Of a DNA stretch of 41,500 bases, positions 25,901-35,195 are shown one piece after another; the stretch's first letter is position 1, and each line of letters begins with the position of its first letter. The stretch covers positions 1 through 41,500 of IMG/VR virus record IMGVR_UViG_3300030095_006592; one strand, written 5' to 3'. The translations under genes were made by a program, and so were the position numbers. The DNA comes from a virus. Taxonomy: Duplodnaviria; Caudoviricetes. The notes beneath the pieces were generated by a model. The model was given only the letters and a program-made list of their open reading frames with translations, ran no database searches and was not told the DNA's origin.

Positions 25901-28900
25901 TTAATATGGTTATGGATTTACCTGACAATTGGGATGTAACCGCTCCGTGGTATATAAAATTTAATGGTCATAATGCTTTTAATGAGGAAGCGGGTGCTGG
26001 ATATGGAATAGTGTGGGTTGATAATGTTTTTGCTGATTTTACATTAGTAAATCAGACAACAGAAACACCTTTATACAAAGACTTTACTGCTCAAATTGAT
26101 TCCATAACAGCAAATGGAACTATAGCCACCTTAAATAGAAATATAGAACAAGCTGCTCTAGCTCTTAGTGATGAAAATCCAGAGGTGATAGATTATGTTA
26201 CAGGTGACAATCCAGGAACATTTGACTCATTTAGTGTTTCTTATTTGGTTTACAATCCATATGATTTAAGAACATATCTTAAAATGGGAAATAGATTATT
26301 TTTAACAACTAATTTTAAGAAAGATGTGGTAAGTAATGAATATCCCTTTTCGGTGGTATATAAACTATATGAACCGTTACCAATTGATATAGAGGAATTA
26401 GATGAGGTTTCGGTTGTAAAGGAAATGATGGATCCTACAAATGAATCCGTTGAGATAGTAGAATTTGTAGATAATGATGTACCAACAACAGTTCTTAAAT
26501 CTCCTGATATTATGAATGTTGAAAGTCCAATTCAGAGAAGAACAATAAACTACAAAAATCAGACAGATATATTATCTTCTGATGCTTTTATATCTGATGA
26601 GATTAAAAATGAATTTTTAAGTCAGAGTATGGATAGTGTCGAAATAAATGTCGATCATTCGGATTTTAAAAATTTTGTGAATTTCAGTTCAGCTGAAAAA
26701 AGAATTAGCAATTTTAAATACAAAGCAGAGTTAATAGAATCATACAAAGTTACAAGCGCTTCTTATATTGGAGTTAGTGGTTCAGCTGATGATTTATCTT
26801 TATATCATAACAATATAAAAGAGGTTAAAAATAACTTTGATCCGTTTGAAAAGTATATGTATTTTCAAAGTTCTTCTTATATTAGCAGCTCCATTGGAGT
26901 TTTTCACGACAATGCATGGCCTAAGACAGGAGGGAGCGGTGCTGTAAATGATGATTATATTTTAGCTCATACAACATCATCGTTAGCAACAACTTGGTAT
27001 AATAATCAAATATCAAGCGCATCTCTGTATGACACAGAAAATTTAAATAAATTAAGCAATATACTTCCAAATCACATAAAAATAGATTCCCAAAATCAAA
27101 CCTATTTGACAATGACAGATATGATGGGACATCACTTTGATAATATTTGGGTTTACATAAAAGCGATGGGAGATACTTACGATAGACGTGAAAAATTAAA
27201 TGAGGGAATATCAAAAGATTTATTGATGAGTGTCGGAAAGTCATTGGGATGGCAATTAAATGATGGTAAGGATACTGTATCCCTTGCTAGGTATGCTTTA
27301 GGAAAAGAGGTTACAGGCTCAGCATTCTCAAACTACTCATCTATTTCAGAAAGAGATGCTTCTAGAGAGGTTTGGAGCAGAATTATAAATAACATGCCTT
27401 ACTTCTTAAAAAACAAAGGAACTATCAGAGCTATAAAGGGATTAATAAGTGCTTATGGTATTCCGTCAACTATTTTAAGGGTTAAGGAATATGGTGGTCC
27501 TGATTTGCCTGATGATGCTACTCCACAATTTGAGATAAAAAGAAAGTTTACAAAGTCTTTAGATTTCAGAAGCTCTCAATATATACAAACTACTTGGTCT
27601 GATGATTCTTCAACAAATAGAAAACCTGATACGATTGAGTTTAGATTTAAATCTCCAATTAGCAGAAATCAAGTATTGGTTGAAAAAACATCATTAAATA
27701 CATCCTCTAGCTTTTACATAAACTTAAAGGATAATGGATCTACAGATGATTATGGTTATGTAGCATTTCAGATAAGTGGATCTGATGGAATGAAGGAAAT
27801 ATCATCTTCTAATTTTCCTGTATATGATAATGAATTTCACTCAGTTATGGTTCGTAGAACATCTGGCAGTGATAATAGAAATGTTTCACAATCTTTTGAA
27901 TTATCGGTTGGTAAGTACGATGCTAGTAGGAGTAAGATACACTTATATTCAACATCCACATTACATACTGATATAGTCGCCTCCTCATCATATAATCAAA
28001 ATTGGGAAAATGATGGAACAATTTTCATAGGGGGAACTGGAACTGTTGGTGGTTACATTCAATTTAGCGGTTCATTAATGGAATATAGACATTGGACTGA
28101 GGTTTTAAATACAGGTTCATTTAAAAATCATATAGGTAATCCAAAAGCTTTTGATGGAAATACAATTTCATCATCTTATAATAATTTAGTTTTAAGATAT
28201 TCTTTTGATGACAACAAAGATTTAAGTTCGGATACGGATGGTATCCGTGATGTTAGCGCAAATACAACAAATGCTTATTCTGGCTCACATCATAATTTTA
28301 GTGGTAATTTTTTTAAAAATGTAGAGGATGAAACCAAAACTAACATACCAAGCATCGGTGGATTGCGTAGGGTTACAAATAAGGTTAGGATAGAAGAAAA
28401 TAAAATGTTTCCATTAGCTAATTTAAGTCGTGTAAATAGAGCGACAATTAGTGCTTATGACCAAGCTCCTACCGATTCTAACAAAGTTGGAGTATTTTTT
28501 GCCCCAACAGATGTAATTAATAATGACATAATAGAATCGGTTGCTAATTTAAATTTTGATCAGTATTTAGGTGATCCGAGAGATTTACAAAAATTAAGTT
28601 ATCGTGGATTAAAAGGTATATCCGATAAATATTGGCAAAAATATACATCACCCAATAATTTTTGGGATTATATAAGGTTGATAAAATACTACGATCAATC
28701 TTTATTTCCACAGGTTAGAAAAATGATACCTGCTAGAGCAAAACCAAATTTAGGTATTTTAATAGAACCGAATATATTTGAAAGACCAAAAGCAGTTATT
28801 GGTAAAACTCCTCAGGCTACCGAACATCATTATAGTGCTTCAATAGATGTTTCGACAGATTTTATAGTCATTACCGGATCTTATAATCACGGCAGACATA

Positions 28901-29811
28901 AAGTAACTAAGTTTACATCATATGATGCTACAATTGATATGTATAGTTATGATACCGGATCTTCTTTTGTTTCTGCTAGTGGAGAGTTTTCTCAATTTAA
29001 TCTTACAGCAAGCATAACCGAAATAGCTGATAGGCAAGTTGGAAAATCAATATGGACTAGGTTAGAAAAAGATGGTGATTATTCTGATGTTACAATGTCA
29101 TTTGGAGATTTTCATTATACTGAAGCATTACAACCGATTATTAGTGGTTCTAGAATCAGAGGCAATAATCAAAAAATGATGAAGTTTTATAATAGCTTTA
29201 GCCAATCTGCTGTTGGTGATTATCATTCATCTTCATTTTACAATGTTGATATTGACAATTTAGCCTTTGAAAATCAAGCTTTTACAAATTTATTTTATGA
29301 AGGATGTAAACAGACTATAAAAACAACTACAGATAAGTTACCACCGGTTCAGTTTAGATTGACATCTCCAACGAGACTTGTCAAAAAAGACACCGGTGAT
29401 TCTACATTAGATACAGGTGAAGGAACTGTAGCAAAATTTAAAACTAAAAATAAAAAGGTAAAGGGTGGTAAGAGTAAAGCTGATGACATAGCTAAGAAGG
29501 CTGTTTCTAAAGATGATGCAGTTCAAAAGGCTGTTGATATGAAGGGTGGTCCTTTAACAAAGGAAGAATCTGAAAAGGTTATTGGGGCATATGAAAAGGA
29601 GTCAGGAACTAAACCAACAACCAGTAAAGGTGGTTATGGTGGAGGAACTTCTCCTAAAACCTCAGAAAATGTAGAGCCGGCTGGTAATAAGGATTACTCA
29701 GGAAAATCCGGAGTAGATAATGAGGGTGGTGGAAAAGAAACCAAAAAAGGTACAGGTGGTACAAAAGGTGGTGATGAAGATAAAGGTGGAAACAAAGGTG
29801 GTGGAAAGTAA
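22960..29811 (+). CDS. 2283-aa baseplate/tail structural protein
   Basis: In the baseplate operon. K.KGT.RAI..LI..YG motif (P2 gpI/T4 gp7-like), LamG-like segment (TIEFRF...FHSVMVRR...IFIGG...FSGSLMEYRHW), carbohydrate-binding-like NPGFE...W insert, Gly/Lys-rich tail. Confidence 0.75.
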   Translation: MSSQLKIEDKDKILRGIIKKVGDKPYENGYWGEQPSRDIVLVELYDQNNNLIDYKNLTFGESLATIENDYVALKPGLHLKLFGYDSGKFNIRYRFLRNLAGNDNPILIYGSSAEGTMENVVYPLIDQSDYDNLFIDADGKIFTSSQRTQQLLLTNYMYDIDKISSSRTEVRLKAKKIDDFAELFNFERVPGYRYVDDFVKLQESVKKDIIETPIEFIGQEVTDFTNAGPTDPPTITYVYNTSNTIQITPQENGLVFTPNMIGGTINIPNFFFYKNITEQVKTQTNIFNNPGFEDIEIDANTGQPTIINTGWDSSIHNDAIKVNNWTSGFNSFDEGEFAGSTGIGYHAKFVRNEGKSGGNCIKFIDQNEVYIDYDSWPSLSGHRELSVKQQMLELQSLGPSLGDVINITFDMKSTVVGKGVEIEIQYPNDIFVEEVPSSPPPGYYDPNNPGPTEEIPDTPPDGYIANTDSNATNVEAKPPQYAANIMSTYGLPSFNGQIGDDTEELWNGAGAWKITDVLSSPTRYVWSPNLGVNYTQAGTLSTAQDWIWNVSGPDGAWGENNPSSPEALAGTVNSGEFPTAVNGSPYQFFGQGTPKFSRDIFPGENTGWQTGTVVGSNGLILLKDDLIWELDEPEYTTNASKVTLHKFADYFPGTLTFIMPNGKTLYEDIFENGYIQSITRTKETGGGSGNMGIRDDWFVVFYSDGSGEFNQNKGFLAKKGENVIGSGYGDNAGVKVMAEIDGNFNNVVNENGGKFETCFARRTSGDYDNKWQHYFSVPGSGIIFRMTDGDGDFFELAQGGEFFDDLTDNSFANAFGGGELPGEWEVAFSKNRSSGHWSNYRCIIENQVYNMKSNAGEGISETLNIGAFAYGAGQFGTDGAEITFGSRNPAAANFGILDDVTDSGFKEDGEGNRIEPLYDDGSSEFNFPTATLLDGFLSPAEQWKWDGGLAEWVSIEGAPAYNYESTTQQVYATNAGQWAKINMVMDLPDNWDVTAPWYIKFNGHNAFNEEAGAGYGIVWVDNVFADFTLVNQTTETPLYKDFTAQIDSITANGTIATLNRNIEQAALALSDENPEVIDYVTGDNPGTFDSFSVSYLVYNPYDLRTYLKMGNRLFLTTNFKKDVVSNEYPFSVVYKLYEPLPIDIEELDEVSVVKEMMDPTNESVEIVEFVDNDVPTTVLKSPDIMNVESPIQRRTINYKNQTDILSSDAFISDEIKNEFLSQSMDSVEINVDHSDFKNFVNFSSAEKRISNFKYKAELIESYKVTSASYIGVSGSADDLSLYHNNIKEVKNNFDPFEKYMYFQSSSYISSSIGVFHDNAWPKTGGSGAVNDDYILAHTTSSLATTWYNNQISSASLYDTENLNKLSNILPNHIKIDSQNQTYLTMTDMMGHHFDNIWVYIKAMGDTYDRREKLNEGISKDLLMSVGKSLGWQLNDGKDTVSLARYALGKEVTGSAFSNYSSISERDASREVWSRIINNMPYFLKNKGTIRAIKGLISAYGIPSTILRVKEYGGPDLPDDATPQFEIKRKFTKSLDFRSSQYIQTTWSDDSSTNRKPDTIEFRFKSPISRNQVLVEKTSLNTSSSFYINLKDNGSTDDYGYVAFQISGSDGMKEISSSNFPVYDNEFHSVMVRRTSGSDNRNVSQSFELSVGKYDASRSKIHLYSTSTLHTDIVASSSYNQNWENDGTIFIGGTGTVGGYIQFSGSLMEYRHWTEVLNTGSFKNHIGNPKAFDGNTISSSYNNLVLRYSFDDNKDLSSDTDGIRDVSANTTNAYSGSHHNFSGNFFKNVEDETKTNIPSIGGLRRVTNKVRIEENKMFPLANLSRVNRATISAYDQAPTDSNKVGVFFAPTDVINNDIIESVANLNFDQYLGDPRDLQKLSYRGLKGISDKYWQKYTSPNNFWDYIRLIKYYDQSLFPQVRKMIPARAKPNLGILIEPNIFERPKAVIGKTPQATEHHYSASIDVSTDFIVITGSYNHGRHKVTKFTSYDATIDMYSYDTGSSFVSASGEFSQFNLTASITEIADRQVGKSIWTRLEKDGDYSDVTMSFGDFHYTEALQPIISGSRIRGNNQKMMKFYNSFSQSAVGDYHSSSFYNVDIDNLAFENQAFTNLFYEGCKQTIKTTTDKLPPVQFRLTSPTRLVKKDTGDSTLDTGEGTVAKFKTKNKKVKGGKSKADDIAKKAVSKDDAVQKAVDMKGGPLTKEESEKVIGAYEKESGTKPTTSKGGYGGGTSPKTSENVEPAGNKDYSGKSGVDNEGGGKETKKGTGGTKGGDEDKGGNKGGGK

Positions 29812-29841
29812 GAATATTTTAATAAAAATTTGATTATTCTA

Positions 29842-29849
29842 TATTTATA
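29842..29849 (+). promoter_or_regulatory. TATTTATA motif, putative late promoter
   Basis: Intergenic, upstream of the 29897 operon. Confidence 0.55.
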
Positions 29850-29896
29850 TATGAATCAAATTATAAAATCCAAAAACATTAATTAGGAGTTATCTT

Positions 29897-30583
29897 ATGG
29901 GATTTCTAAATAACACAACAGTAACCGTTGATGCTATTTTGACTAAAAAGGGTCGAGAGTTATTAGCACAGGGCACTAACGCATTTAATATAACAAAATT
30001 TGCACTAGCTGATGACGAAATAGATTATAGATTATATGATACATCACATCCAAATGGTACTGATTTTTATGGGGCAGTTTTAGAAAATATGCCTTTGTTA
30101 GAAGCTTTTCCTGATGAAAATCATATCATGAGATACAAATTAATTACTCTTCCAAAGAGTACACAAAAAATGCCTGTTCTTACAGTACAACCAGAATCGG
30201 TAACTTTTTCAGCAGGCGGTGGATTGAATCAACCAAATGTTACGATAAATCCAACAACTGCTAATGTATCGGATACGTCTTATACATTTATATTACATAA
30301 TCAAAGCGTCGCAACAATGACTGTAGCTACCCCAGCAGGTGGTGGTGGAAGCACAGGTGCTACAACACCATTCTTTTTAGGTGAGGATGATGTTCCGAAT
30401 AGTAAAACATTGGTAGCTGCAAGTGTTAGTGTGGGAGTAATTCCATTAGCAGCTAGTGCTACAAGCACAGGAGCTGCCACATCATTAACCATAGTAGGAA
30501 ATGATACAGGTGCTACGATATCTATAACAGTAACAAACAATGTAGTTCTTACAGGATCTTCCGGTGCTGGAAGTAATTTTTAG
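29897..30583 (+). CDS. virion structural protein
   Basis: AGGAG RBS; VDAILTKKGRELLA....FNITKFALADDEIDY; beta-rich C-terminus. Confidence 0.7.
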   Translation: MGFLNNTTVTVDAILTKKGRELLAQGTNAFNITKFALADDEIDYRLYDTSHPNGTDFYGAVLENMPLLEAFPDENHIMRYKLITLPKSTQKMPVLTVQPESVTFSAGGGLNQPNVTINPTTANVSDTSYTFILHNQSVATMTVATPAGGGGSTGATTPFFLGEDDVPNSKTLVAASVSVGVIPLAASATSTGAATSLTIVGNDTGATISITVTNNVVLTGSSGAGSNF

Positions 30584-30595
30584 GAGTAAAATAAT

Positions 30596-31741
30596 ATGGC
30601 AATATATAAGCAATTTAACATAGTAGGTCCCGAAAGTCCGGAGTCTAGCGATGTTATATCCAACGTAAAGGATATAGTTTCCGCTGGAATGTGGGAAAAT
30701 GGAAATGCTTCTTTAACTTCATTTTTTACTTCATCAGTTCAATCTGCTAGTAGCGCTGCTCACTATTTAGATATATATGGAACTGATCCTCAAGTCGATA
30801 CAACTGCAAGACCACAATTTTCAATAACATACGCTCACTTTTTTGGTAGTGGATCAGCAGGTAAAAAGGGTGTATCTGGCAATAGAGCTTCTGCAACTAT
30901 GTATAGACAATTATCACAGACATTATTAGGTCCTAATGAAGATAGATTTACATTTGAAGGTAGTGGAGATCATATTAAGCCAGATTATGTTTATGCTATA
31001 TCAGTAGCTAGGCAGCAGCTCAGAGAAAAAATGGATCCGGGTAACTGGGAGATACATTTGAGTGGAAGTGCATTAAGCGCTGCTAACGCAGCTGGTAATG
31101 TGATAAAATTAATAGATGATAGCCAATCAACCACAAATCCTAAAGTAAATCAAGGTGGTAGAGTTTTCAATATTGTAAGTGGTTCTATTAGCGCAGGAGT
31201 AAGTAACATAAAAACAACAGCAGCTGCTCAACCAGGTGGTGCTTATGGATTATTTTATCCAGATTTGGGTATGTTAATATTTAATGGTGAAATTTTAAAT
31301 GCGTCTGCTTCATTGGGAATAAAAAGAGATGGACCAAAGCACGATTTTTCTTCAGGTACTATTACAAATTCAAATGAAGAAGGTGGTAATGTAGGTAAAT
31401 TTTATGGTGCTATTAGTGGTTCTGGTGCTTCCGGTATAGAAAATGGTGATACAGCAAAAACACCTTACTTCGCTGCACGTAGAGAAGAAGTAATTACATC
31501 TCAACATTACTTTTGTAGAGTTCCAAATAAAGAATTTAATTTTAGTTCCAATCCATCGTTTGCTACTTCTTCTGATGGTTCTTTTAGTCAACCCACATTC
31601 TTTAAAAACCCAAAAACATTTATAACTCAAGTTGGTTTATATAATGAAGGTGGAGAGTTGTTAGCTATTGCTAAATTAAGTAAACCATTACTTAAATCTT
31701 ATTCGAGAGAAGCGATTATCAAAGTCAAATTAGACTTCTAA
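30596..31741 (+). CDS. virion structural protein (baseplate/fibre attachment)
   Basis: C-terminal FITQVGLYN..GELLAIAKLSKPL.K...IKVKLDF. Confidence 0.7.
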   Translation: MAIYKQFNIVGPESPESSDVISNVKDIVSAGMWENGNASLTSFFTSSVQSASSAAHYLDIYGTDPQVDTTARPQFSITYAHFFGSGSAGKKGVSGNRASATMYRQLSQTLLGPNEDRFTFEGSGDHIKPDYVYAISVARQQLREKMDPGNWEIHLSGSALSAANAAGNVIKLIDDSQSTTNPKVNQGGRVFNIVSGSISAGVSNIKTTAAAQPGGAYGLFYPDLGMLIFNGEILNASASLGIKRDGPKHDFSSGTITNSNEEGGNVGKFYGAISGSGASGIENGDTAKTPYFAARREEVITSQHYFCRVPNKEFNFSSNPSFATSSDGSFSQPTFFKNPKTFITQVGLYNEGGELLAIAKLSKPLLKSYSREAIIKVKLDF

Positions 31742-31759
31742 CTTTGGGAGATAAAGGTC

Positions 31760-32866
31760 ATGTTTAAAAGGCTAGACCCAAGTGATGTAGATAAAACACC
31801 CTTTAAGGTATATAAGGAATTTACTGTTACTAATATAGACAGCGGTAGTGGTATTTATAATTTTAGAGCTATAAGCGGAAGTCATAGAAATTATGACAAA
31901 TCAAAAGATGGTGCTTCTATATTTGAATCTGCTAGCTTTTATCATAGACCAGCATGGTTTTTATTAAATCACAGATATTATAGACAAGCAGGATCGGATG
32001 ATGTCAGACCTACTGTGCAAGCTCAAGCTGAAAGAGCTTCAAATACAGGTCCGTTGGGTATGTCTGGAGAAACTGATACTAGAGGTATGGTAGGTTCTGG
32101 TAATATGAATGTTAACGCTCCGGTAAATCCTTATAATAATTTTGCTTCAAACTCACCAAATCAATATAGAAACTTACATCAATCAGCATCCATAATATCA
32201 GTTTCTAAAAATATGTATGGTGAGAGAATAAAACCAAATTCTATACGAATAAAAGATGATAGCACCTCTACCACTGTAAATATAGTAGATGATGGAAATG
32301 GTAATTTATATGATTCCGAATTATCTTCTAGCTTTGCTCAGTTTGCTGCTAGTGATTTTAATAATTCCCAATTTGCTAAATCAACAGGAAGTTTTGCTGG
32401 AAATGTATTTTATGAACAAGGTATATTAGTTTTTACAAATACAGGCTCAAAATTTATAGATGTTGGAACAGGAAAGGGTTCTGATGGTTTTTCATTGACA
32501 TATAAAGCGCAGGTTACATTGAATGAATACTCATACTTTTGTGTTATAGGAGAAAATGAATATAATGCTACCACAAACATATCAGCTACATTTGAAAAAA
32601 GTGGAAGCATAACTGTTTCGGGCTCAAATTCATGGAGGTTTTTTCCTCCAGGAGACGCATTATATAAATCTGGTTCATATAAGCATTATTATCAACAAGC
32701 ATCTAAATATGCTGATTTTGTAAATGATGCCGATTTTTCACCTTATGTGACAAAGATTGGTTTGTATAACGATTTTAACGAATTATTAGCTATAGGTCAG
32801 TTATCATCTCCTATTAAAAATGATAAAGATTTAGCATTAGGATTTGTAGTGAGGTTTGACGCATAA
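31760..32866 (+). CDS. virion structural protein, paralogue of the upstream gene
   Basis: C-terminal YVTKIGLYND.NELLAIGQLSSPI.N...VVRFD; shared G..FY..G...F motif. Confidence 0.7.
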   Translation: MFKRLDPSDVDKTPFKVYKEFTVTNIDSGSGIYNFRAISGSHRNYDKSKDGASIFESASFYHRPAWFLLNHRYYRQAGSDDVRPTVQAQAERASNTGPLGMSGETDTRGMVGSGNMNVNAPVNPYNNFASNSPNQYRNLHQSASIISVSKNMYGERIKPNSIRIKDDSTSTTVNIVDDGNGNLYDSELSSSFAQFAASDFNNSQFAKSTGSFAGNVFYEQGILVFTNTGSKFIDVGTGKGSDGFSLTYKAQVTLNEYSYFCVIGENEYNATTNISATFEKSGSITVSGSNSWRFFPPGDALYKSGSYKHYYQQASKYADFVNDADFSPYVTKIGLYNDFNELLAIGQLSSPIKNDKDLALGFVVRFDA

Positions 32867-33564
32867 TGGGTAAATTTAAAAAAATGATGGAAGTTACTTC
32901 TAATGCTGGTTACATCGGAGATGAGGGAGAACCGGATACAGGATTTATCAAAGGAAATAAAAAAAGAATTTTAAATAGACACAGAGGCAGTAAGCCTGAG
33001 AATTGGTATCAAAGGGGTGGTTATACCCAAGTAGATTTTCCTAAAGCTGATTACATTTATGGAAAGGGTGAGGATGAAGAATATTCTGTTAAAAAGAGAG
33101 CTTATATAACTAAAATAGATAAACAATTTGAAGTTGAGTTTGAAAAATGGGAAGATTGGACACCTGAAAGTAGTTTAAAAGAATCAAGTTATAAAAAAGT
33201 TATGAATAATATTGTATTAGAAAGAATTGATTACTACGAAATTGCTTTTAATTTAGTTAGAAAATATAAATTAAATTCTAAGATTCAGATGGGAAGTGGT
33301 AAAAATTTTGGAGAGTATATTCCTGAAAAGGATATCATAACATTAAGACCATCTTATAAAACCTACAAAGAGTTTTTACTAACCATACTGCATGAAATTA
33401 AACACGCATTGGATGCTAAAAGATTAGGTAAAAGAAAATTTATGAAAAAGTATACACAAGCAGGAACAATGGCTCAATACCAAGGACTTGATCCTCACGA
33501 TGATAATAAGTGGGAAGAAAGTGCTGAAAGATGGGCTAGAAAAGAAATAAAAAAATATATTTGA
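32866..33564 (+). CDS. protein with C-terminal zincin-like metallopeptidase motif
   Basis: TILHEIKHALD (HExxH) followed by N.WE..AE..A. Confidence 0.65.
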   Translation: MGKFKKMMEVTSNAGYIGDEGEPDTGFIKGNKKRILNRHRGSKPENWYQRGGYTQVDFPKADYIYGKGEDEEYSVKKRAYITKIDKQFEVEFEKWEDWTPESSLKESSYKKVMNNIVLERIDYYEIAFNLVRKYKLNSKIQMGSGKNFGEYIPEKDIITLRPSYKTYKEFLLTILHEIKHALDAKRLGKRKFMKKYTQAGTMAQYQGLDPHDDNKWEESAERWARKEIKKYI

Positions 33565-33675
33565 ATAACAGGTTTTAACCTTATATATATTAACAATGTT
33601 AACATTAAATTCCATTAAAAAATTCTGATAGATTTTTAATAAAATCTTTATGCCTTGAATTTTTAATATGTAATT

Positions 33676-33733
33676 AAGTATTAACAAGTAACAAGTACAA
33701 GTATTAATTAACAAGTATTAAGTATTATAAGTA
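33676..33733 (+). repeat. cluster of seven AAGTA (mostly ACAAGTA) direct repeats
   Basis: AAGTA at 33676, 33686, 33693, 33699, 33713, 33720 and 33729 in an AT-rich spacer. Confidence 0.75.
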
Positions 33734-33738
33734 AAAAT

Positions 33739-34074
33739 ATGAAATCAAGAAGTGCCAAAAACAAAGGCAAGAGACTTCAAAACAAAGTCAGAGACCTTTT
33801 ACTAGAATCCTTTACAGACTTAGAGCCCGATGATGTAAAATCAGCTATTATGGGTGAATCAGGTGAAGATATCAAACTATCTCCAGCGGCTCGAAAACTA
33901 ATTCCATATTCGTTTGAATGTAAGAACCAAGAATCATTAAATATATGGGCATCATTACAGCAAGCAGAAGAAAATAGTGGTGATTACGATCCTGTTCTGA
34001 TATTTAAAAGAAACAGAACTAAAACTTATGCTGTTATTAACATAGAGAAATTTATAGAACTAATAAATGAGTAA
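33739..34074 (+). CDS. PD-(D/E)xK nuclease, Holliday junction resolvase-like
   Basis: K.KGKRLQ..V, MGESGEDI, FECKNQE.LNIW...QA, PVLIFKRNR. Confidence 0.8.
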   Translation: MKSRSAKNKGKRLQNKVRDLLLESFTDLEPDDVKSAIMGESGEDIKLSPAARKLIPYSFECKNQESLNIWASLQQAEENSGDYDPVLIFKRNRTKTYAVINIEKFIELINE

Positions 34075-35008
34075 TATTGTAAATCTACTGAATAGGGTAA
34101 TTGGGAACAGAGGCAAACTCTTAAAGAAAGCCAATGAATATATGTATTGGTCTCCATTTACTTCACATCACAAGCCTAAACTTCAAATAAACGTACAAAC
34201 TCAAAAATGGCATTGTTGGATATCTAATCAAGGTGGTCATAAACTATATCAGCTATTTAAAAAATTAAAAGCTACCAAAGAACAATATGATGAGCTTAGA
34301 GATATTGTCGGAGAGTCAAAATCACTATCATCATTTAAGTCAAAAGTCAAGGAAAAAACATTACATTTACCAAAAGAATTTCATCCACTTTGGAATGGTG
34401 GTAATAACATCATTAAACGCCATGCATTGAGTTATATAGCGAAGAGGGGTATGGGTATGGCTGACATTATCAGATACAATATAGGGTATTGTTCTGAGGG
34501 TTTATACACTAATCGTATCATAGTGCCATCGTATGATTGTGACGGCAATATTAATTATTTTGTCGGTAGAGATATTTACAGCGGTGGAATGAAATATAAA
34601 AATCCCCCGATATCAAAAGATGTTATTGGATTTGATCTATTTATCAATTGGGATGAACCTATTGTATTATGTGAGGGTGTTTTTGATGCGATGGCTATAA
34701 AAAGAAATGCCATTCCATTATTTGGTAAAACAATACCTAAAAAATTAATGAAAAAAATATACGAAAAACAGGTTAAGACTATATATATATTATTAGATAG
34801 TGATGCTATTAAGGATGCAATAAAATTAACGGATAAGTTAATGAAAAATGGTATCAATGTCTATTTTGTAAAGCTTAAAGATGAGGATCCGTCTGATATG
34901 GGATTTAAGAAAGTAATCAATCTTATAAAAAAATCAGAGGAAACCTCTTTTTCTGATTTAATAAGGATGAGATTAAATGGTAAACAAAGAAAATATTTGG
35001 AAATTTAA
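34067..35008 (+). CDS. DNA primase (DnaG/Toprim type)
   Basis: NRIIVP, YFVGR, KYKNP, LCEGVFDA, LLDSDA, DPSDMG; degenerate N-terminal zinc ribbon. Confidence 0.9.
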   Translation: MSNIVNLLNRVIGNRGKLLKKANEYMYWSPFTSHHKPKLQINVQTQKWHCWISNQGGHKLYQLFKKLKATKEQYDELRDIVGESKSLSSFKSKVKEKTLHLPKEFHPLWNGGNNIIKRHALSYIAKRGMGMADIIRYNIGYCSEGLYTNRIIVPSYDCDGNINYFVGRDIYSGGMKYKNPPISKDVIGFDLFINWDEPIVLCEGVFDAMAIKRNAIPLFGKTIPKKLMKKIYEKQVKTIYILLDSDAIKDAIKLTDKLMKNGINVYFVKLKDEDPSDMGFKKVINLIKKSEETSFSDLIRMRLNGKQRKYLEI

Positions 35009-35195
35009 CGATGAAGAATGGAAGGTTCATGTCGATAATATCTCACTCAGCAAAAAACTTAGTAGTAACTTCGGTTTGGTACGCTCTACTATATACTATG
35101 AAAATGGTAGATTGGATGAGGAAACGGCCTGGGATTACATTGTTCCAAATAAACAAATAGACAAAGTTAAACAATTCTTAAAGGATAATACTTGA
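34977..35195 (+). CDS. hypothetical protein
   Basis: 72-aa ORF bridging the primase and nuclease genes with overlaps. Confidence 0.65.
   Translation: MVNKENIWKFNDEEWKVHVDNISLSKKLSSNFGLVRSTIYYENGRLDEETAWDYIVPNKQIDKVKQFLKDNT

Noticed and set aside
33676-33733. CRISPR array
   Set aside because: Repeats are 5-7 nt with irregular spacing of a few nt; no cas genes.
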